64,000 nucleotides of DNA from an uncultured candidate division Zixibacteria bacterium (GTDB taxonomy: Bacteria > Zixibacteria > MSB-5A5 > GN15 > FEB-12). The notes under the pieces are model-generated. The model was given only the letters and a program-made list of their open reading frames with translations, had not been told where the DNA came from and searched no databases. Within the stretch, counting starts at the first letter, position 1. Every line of letters begins with the position of its first letter. Below, in pieces: positions 60,012 to 64,000 of this stretch. A program made the translations under genes and the position numbers. The stretch lies in assembly GCA_963806185.1 (NCBI GenBank), contig CAWDXE010000007.1:384001-448000 (forward strand), written 5' to 3'.

Positions 60012-60759
60012 AAAGACGGTTCGACTTCTGGTTGAATATGACGGCACGCGGTTCGCCGGGTGGCAGTTGCAGGATGGAGTGGCGACGGTGCAGGGGGAAA
60101 TCACCGAAGCTATTCGCAAAGTTACGGGGGAGACGGTAACACTCCATGGGGCCGGGCGCACGGATGCGGGTGTGCACGCGCTGGGGCAGGTGGCCAGTTT
60201 CAGGATTGACCATCGGCTGGAAGCGGAGAGGTACAAGGAGGCAATCAATTTCCATTTGCCAGAGGGAATCCGAATTCGGTGTGCCAGAGTGGCGGAGGAT
60301 GATTTTCATGCCCGGTTCAGCGCGAAGTGGCGGCGGTATCGGTATCTGGTGTCGATGCAGCAGTCGGTACACTATCGGCGGCAGAGGTGGGAGATTGAAG
60401 AGCCGCTAGAGTATCGACTTCTTGACGAGGCGGCCAAACTAGTGGTGGGGGAGCATGATTTCGCGCCGTTCTGCGTAGTAGCCTCGCGCAAGGAGAGCAA
60501 TATCTGCCGGATCGAGCGGGCGCGGTGGTACAAGTACGGGACGCTCTATTCGTTTGAGATTCGCGGTAACCGGTTTCTCCATGGGATGGTGCGATCTTTG
60601 GTGGGTGCGATGGTGAATGTGGCGACGGTACATCAGGATAACAATGTGCGTAACTTGACATTAGAGCGATTTACGGGTATTATGGCCGAGCCCGGAGAGG
60701 AACGAATCGTTTTCACCGCCCCGGCCTGGGGGCTGTATCTTGTGGCGGTGGGGTACTAA
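60004..60759 (+). CDS. truA: tRNA pseudouridine(38-40) synthase
   Basis: [32 protein letters not shown] and FLHGMVR motifs. Confidence 0.97.
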   Translation: MGEKTVRLLVEYDGTRFAGWQLQDGVATVQGEITEAIRKVTGETVTLHGAGRTDAGVHALGQVASFRIDHRLEAERYKEAINFHLPEGIRIRCARVAEDDFHARFSAKWRRYRYLVSMQQSVHYRRQRWEIEEPLEYRLLDEAAKLVVGEHDFAPFCVVASRKESNICRIERARWYKYGTLYSFEIRGNRFLHGMVRSLVGAMVNVATVHQDNNVRNLTLERFTGIMAEPGEERIVFTAPAWGLYLVAVGY

Positions 60760-60776
60760 GAGAGAAGGAACTCAGT

Positions 60777-61427
60777 ATGAAGATCTTTATCGATTCAGCC
60801 AATATCAGTGAAATCAAAGCGGCCGAGGAGATGGGGCTGCTCGACGGCGTCACCACCAATCCGTCACTCGCGGCCAAGGAAAAGCGTCCGTATCACGATC
60901 TCCTTAAGGAAATTTGCAGTATCACCGATGGGCCGGTGTCAGCGGAAGTGTTGGCGACCGACTACGACGGGATGATGCGCGAGGCGGAAGTCTACACCAA
61001 GATAGCAAAGAATATCGTCATCAAGATTCCGACGATTCCGATCGGGCTGAAAGCGATCAAGAGCCTGACGGAGCAGGGGGTGCCGACCAACGCGACGCTG
61101 GTGTTTTCGCCGATGCAGGCACTGCTTGTGGCGAAGGCGGGTGCGACGTATGCGTCGCCGTTTGTGGGAAGGCTCGACGACATATCGACCAACGGGATGG
61201 ATTTGATAGGGCAGATCATTCACATTTACGCCAATTATGGATTCGACACCGAGGTGCTGGTGGCGTCGGTGCGCCATCCGATGCACGTGGTCGAAGCGGC
61301 CATGCTCGGCGCGGACGTGGTGACCATCCCGTTTGCGGTAATCAATCAACTGATGAAACATCCGCTGACCGATATCGGGCTGGAGAAGTTCCTGTCCGAT
61401 TATCGCAAGGCGACCGGACAAAAGTAA
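60777..61427 (+). CDS. fsa: Transaldolase / fructose-6-phosphate aldolase family (short type)
   Basis: [29 protein letters not shown] and HPLTDIGL motifs. Confidence 0.93.
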   Translation: MKIFIDSANISEIKAAEEMGLLDGVTTNPSLAAKEKRPYHDLLKEICSITDGPVSAEVLATDYDGMMREAEVYTKIAKNIVIKIPTIPIGLKAIKSLTEQGVPTNATLVFSPMQALLVAKAGATYASPFVGRLDDISTNGMDLIGQIIHIYANYGFDTEVLVASVRHPMHVVEAAMLGADVVTIPFAVINQLMKHPLTDIGLEKFLSDYRKATGQK

Positions 61428-62725
61428 ATGATAGCACGATACACTTTGCCCGAGATGGGCGCGATCTGGACGGAAGAGAACAAATTCCGGACCTGGCTGA
61501 CGGTGGAAGTGGAAGCGGCGCGCGCTATGGCGCGGTACAAGATCATTCCGGAGAAGGCATTTCGGGTGATCGAGCGCAAAGCGGATTTTAACGTCAAGCG
61601 GATTGCCAGGATCGAGGCGGAGACGAATCACGACGTGATCGCCTTCCTGACCTCGGTCGGGGAATTCGTGGGGGAAGAGGCAAAGTACATTCATTTCGGG
61701 ATGACGTCGTCGGACGTGCTCGACACGGCGTTGTCGCTGCAGTTGAAGCAGGCATCGGAGATACTCGACAAGAAGATTCTCGACGGCACTGTGCTGAGAT
61801 CAAGCGGTTGGCGAAGAAGTACAAGCGGACGCCGGTAATCGGGCGGACGCACGGCGTGATGGCCGAGCCGACAACAGCAGGATTGAAGTTTGCGGTCTGG
61901 TATACGGAACTTCAGCGGCGCCATACGCAACTCCGTGCGGCGGTGAAGGCGATATCGGCGGGGAAGATTTCGGGGGCGGTGGGAAATTTCGCCAATCTTG
62001 ATCCGAGGGTAGAGGCGGCAGTCTGCAAGAAGCTGGGACTGGAAGCGGCGAAGGTATCGACACAGGTGCTGCAAAGGGACCGTCACGCAGAATTTGTGAC
62101 CTCGATGGCGCTCCTGGCCTCATCGCTGGAGAAATTTGCGACGGAGATTCGGAATCTTCAGCGGACAGAAATCGGAGAGATGGCAGAAGGGTTCACCAAG
62201 GGGCAAAAGGGATCATCGGCGATGCCGCACAAGAAGAACCCGATCACGGCGGAGCGGGTGACGGGGATTGCGCGGCTGTTGCGCGGGTATGCGGTGTCGG
62301 CGATGGAAAATATCGCGTTGTGGCATGAGCGGGACATTGCCCATTCATCGGTGGAGCGGATTATTCTGCCGGACGCGACGATAGTGCTCGATTACGGGCT
62401 GAAGAAATTTATCGATCTTTTGCGCGGGCTGGTCGTAAACGAAAAGCGGATGAAGGAGAATATCTTCTACGGCGGTGGGTTGGTCTTTTCTCAGAGATTG
62501 CTCTTGAAGCTGGCCGGACCGGTAGGATCGCGCGACAAAGCGTATCGGATGGTGCAGCGTCACGCCATGGCGGCACACGAGGGGAGGGGGTTGTTTCGGG
62601 AGTTGATTGCGGGGGATCCGGAGGTGGGGCAGTATCTTTCGAAGGCGGAGATTGACGGGTGTTTTGATTTGGCGTATTACAGCAAGCATGTGGACACAGT
62701 GTTCCGCAGGGTATTTGGCCGATGA
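61428..62725 (+). CDS. purB: Adenylosuccinate lyase, frameshift near 61790
   Basis: HDVIAF, HFGMTSSDVLDT, GRTHGVMAEPTT and GSSAMPHKKNP across two frames. Confidence 0.95.
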
Positions 62726-63414
62726 TTGCCCGAGAGGGTGTAATCTTCATTGTCATTGGATTGGCGCTTACGGTCGCGCTGTTGTATTCGGCGAATCGGG
62801 CGGACAATTCCGTGTTGTTTGTGCTGGCGGTGGTGGCCGGACTACTGACGATATTCACCACCTACTTCTTCCGGGATCCGGAGAGAGAAATTCCACAGGG
62901 GAGTGGAATACTGGTATCGCCCGCGGACGGGAAGGTGCTGGGGGTGGAGACGGTGAGTCATCCCTTTGTCGGAGACAGTGCGGTCAAGGTATCGATCTTT
63001 CTGAATGTGTTTGATGTTCACGTGAATCGGATCCCGGCGGCAGGGACGGTCAGTTATGTGAAATACAATCCGGGGAAGTTCTTTGCGGCGTTCGAGGAGA
63101 AGGCGTCGGAGTTGAACGAGCAGACAGAAATCGGGCTTGAGGCCGATACCGGAGATAAGATCGTATTCAAGCAGATCGCGGGGCTTATTGCCCGGCGGAT
63201 CGTGTGCAAAGTGAAAGCCGGAGATCGGGTGGCGGCAGGAGAGCGGTTCGGTATGATTCGGTTCGGCTCGCGTACGGAGTTGTTTCTTCCCAAGGGATCG
63301 CAGGTGAAGGTCGCGAAGGGCGACCGGGTAGCGGGCGGAGCAAGTGTGATTGGGTTATTGCCGAAAGTAGGATCGACCGCGCTTTTGAAGACGGGAGAAG
63401 AACATGGCCATTAA
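62722..63414 (+). CDS. psd: Phosphatidylserine decarboxylase proenzyme
   Basis: FFRDPER, SPADG, IFLNVFDVHVNR and GMIRFGSR motifs. Confidence 0.95.
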   Translation: MIAREGVIFIVIGLALTVALLYSANRADNSVLFVLAVVAGLLTIFTTYFFRDPEREIPQGSGILVSPADGKVLGVETVSHPFVGDSAVKVSIFLNVFDVHVNRIPAAGTVSYVKYNPGKFFAAFEEKASELNEQTEIGLEADTGDKIVFKQIAGLIARRIVCKVKAGDRVAAGERFGMIRFGSRTELFLPKGSQVKVAKGDRVAGGASVIGLLPKVGSTALLKTGEEHGH

Positions 63415-64000
63415 TCGAGGGTTCTTCCCGGGATCGTTTACGATGGGGAACGTCGTATGCGGTTTTCTATCGATCCTATCGGTTTTTCAGGGACACATCA
63501 CGACGGCGGCGTATTTGATCTTGCTGGCGGCGTTTCTTGATTCGCTCGACGGGAAGGTGGCGCGCCTCAGCGGGACGACCTCGCAGTTTGGCGTCGAGTT
63601 GGATTCGCTGGCCGATTTTCTGTCATTCGGCGTGGCTCCGGCGGTGATTGTGTACTCGGTGAAGCTGAATACGCTCGGTCCGTGGGGGTGGATAATCGCG
63701 GTGGTGTATATCATGGCGGCGGCGTTCCGGCTGGCCCGATTCAATGTGTTGGCAGACACGGAAGAGAAGAAGGATTTTGTAGGTTTGCCGGTGCCGGGGG
63801 CGGCGATGGCGCTGGTTTCGTTTGTGATCCTGTCCTACTACTTGTGGGACGGGTTGAAATACGATGAGCCGCTGGTTTTCATGGTGGTGTTGTTTGCTTT
63901 CCTGATGGTGTCGCAAGTGCATTACGATTCTTTGCCAGACCGCTTTCACAGTCGTCCAGAGAAGATCAAACTTGCTGTCCTGCTTGGGATTACCGCAGTG
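63404..64000 (+). CDS. pssA: CDP-diacylglycerol--serine O-phosphatidyltransferase (truncated by window end)
   Basis: MAINRGFFPGSFTMGN...DSLDGKVAR...FGVELDSLADFLSFGVAP...RLARFN...FVGLPVP. Open to the window edge. Confidence 0.93.
   Translation, partial: MAINRGFFPGSFTMGNVVCGFLSILSVFQGHITTAAYLILLAAFLDSLDGKVARLSGTTSQFGVELDSLADFLSFGVAPAVIVYSVKLNTLGPWGWIIAVVYIMAAAFRLARFNVLADTEEKKDFVGLPVPGAAMALVSFVILSYYLWDGLKYDEPLVFMVVLFAFLMVSQVHYDSLPDRFHSRPEKIKLAVLLGITAV

Noticed and set aside
22540..61810. Frameshifts in the metallo-hydrolase (~22562), TonB receptor (~41368, ~43148, ~43560-43650), PorV (~44150-44500), M6 protease (~53370, ~54555) and purB (~61790) as programmed frameshifting or pseudogenes
   Set aside because: They are small indels without slippery heptamers or accumulated stops, they hit a housekeeping gene (purB) and they cluster locally. 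This pattern best fits long-read consensus errors. Read polishing would settle it.
387..62725. Other TGA stops (trxA, ccdA, CMD, fur, cytochrome, purB) as selenocysteine readthrough
   Set aside because: The proteins are complete at those stops, and I saw no downstream Cys motif or suitably placed SECIS-like hairpin.

Overview
A GC-rich bacterial chromosomal window, mostly core and envelope genes on the + strand. It contains trxA, a rhomboid protease, ccdA, pabB/pabC-like genes, an ECF sigma/anti-sigma/HtrA-like operon, tamB-tamA/bamA, iscS-mnmA, AsmA, a two-component pair, yicC-gmk-rpoZ-topA, xerC-hslV-hslU, a lipoate ligase, a TonB receptor-PorV-lipoprotein locus, S8 and M6 proteases with T9SS-like C-terminal domains, a fur-cytochrome c-feoA-feoB operon and ecfT-truA-fsa/tal-purB-psd-pssA. 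Gene content suggests a diderm FCB-group organism such as candidate Zixibacteria (inference only). The strongest novel signal is an unannotated 61-codon membrane mini-protein at 581-766 with an in-frame UGA in a T-U-x-x-x-C motif followed by a SECIS-like hairpin (putative selenoprotein), next to trxA and ccdA. Also notable are two ~0.9-kb inserts bounded by diverged duplications of host gene ends, an apparently split histidine kinase, a triad-dead HtrA in the ECF operon, a cytochrome c lipoprotein inside the Feo operon, and two mosaic clusters of GTAG/CGTC-type palindromic repeats. Several genes, including purB, carry frameshifts that are most likely sequencing or assembly errors. All calls come from reading the sequence; no database searches were run.
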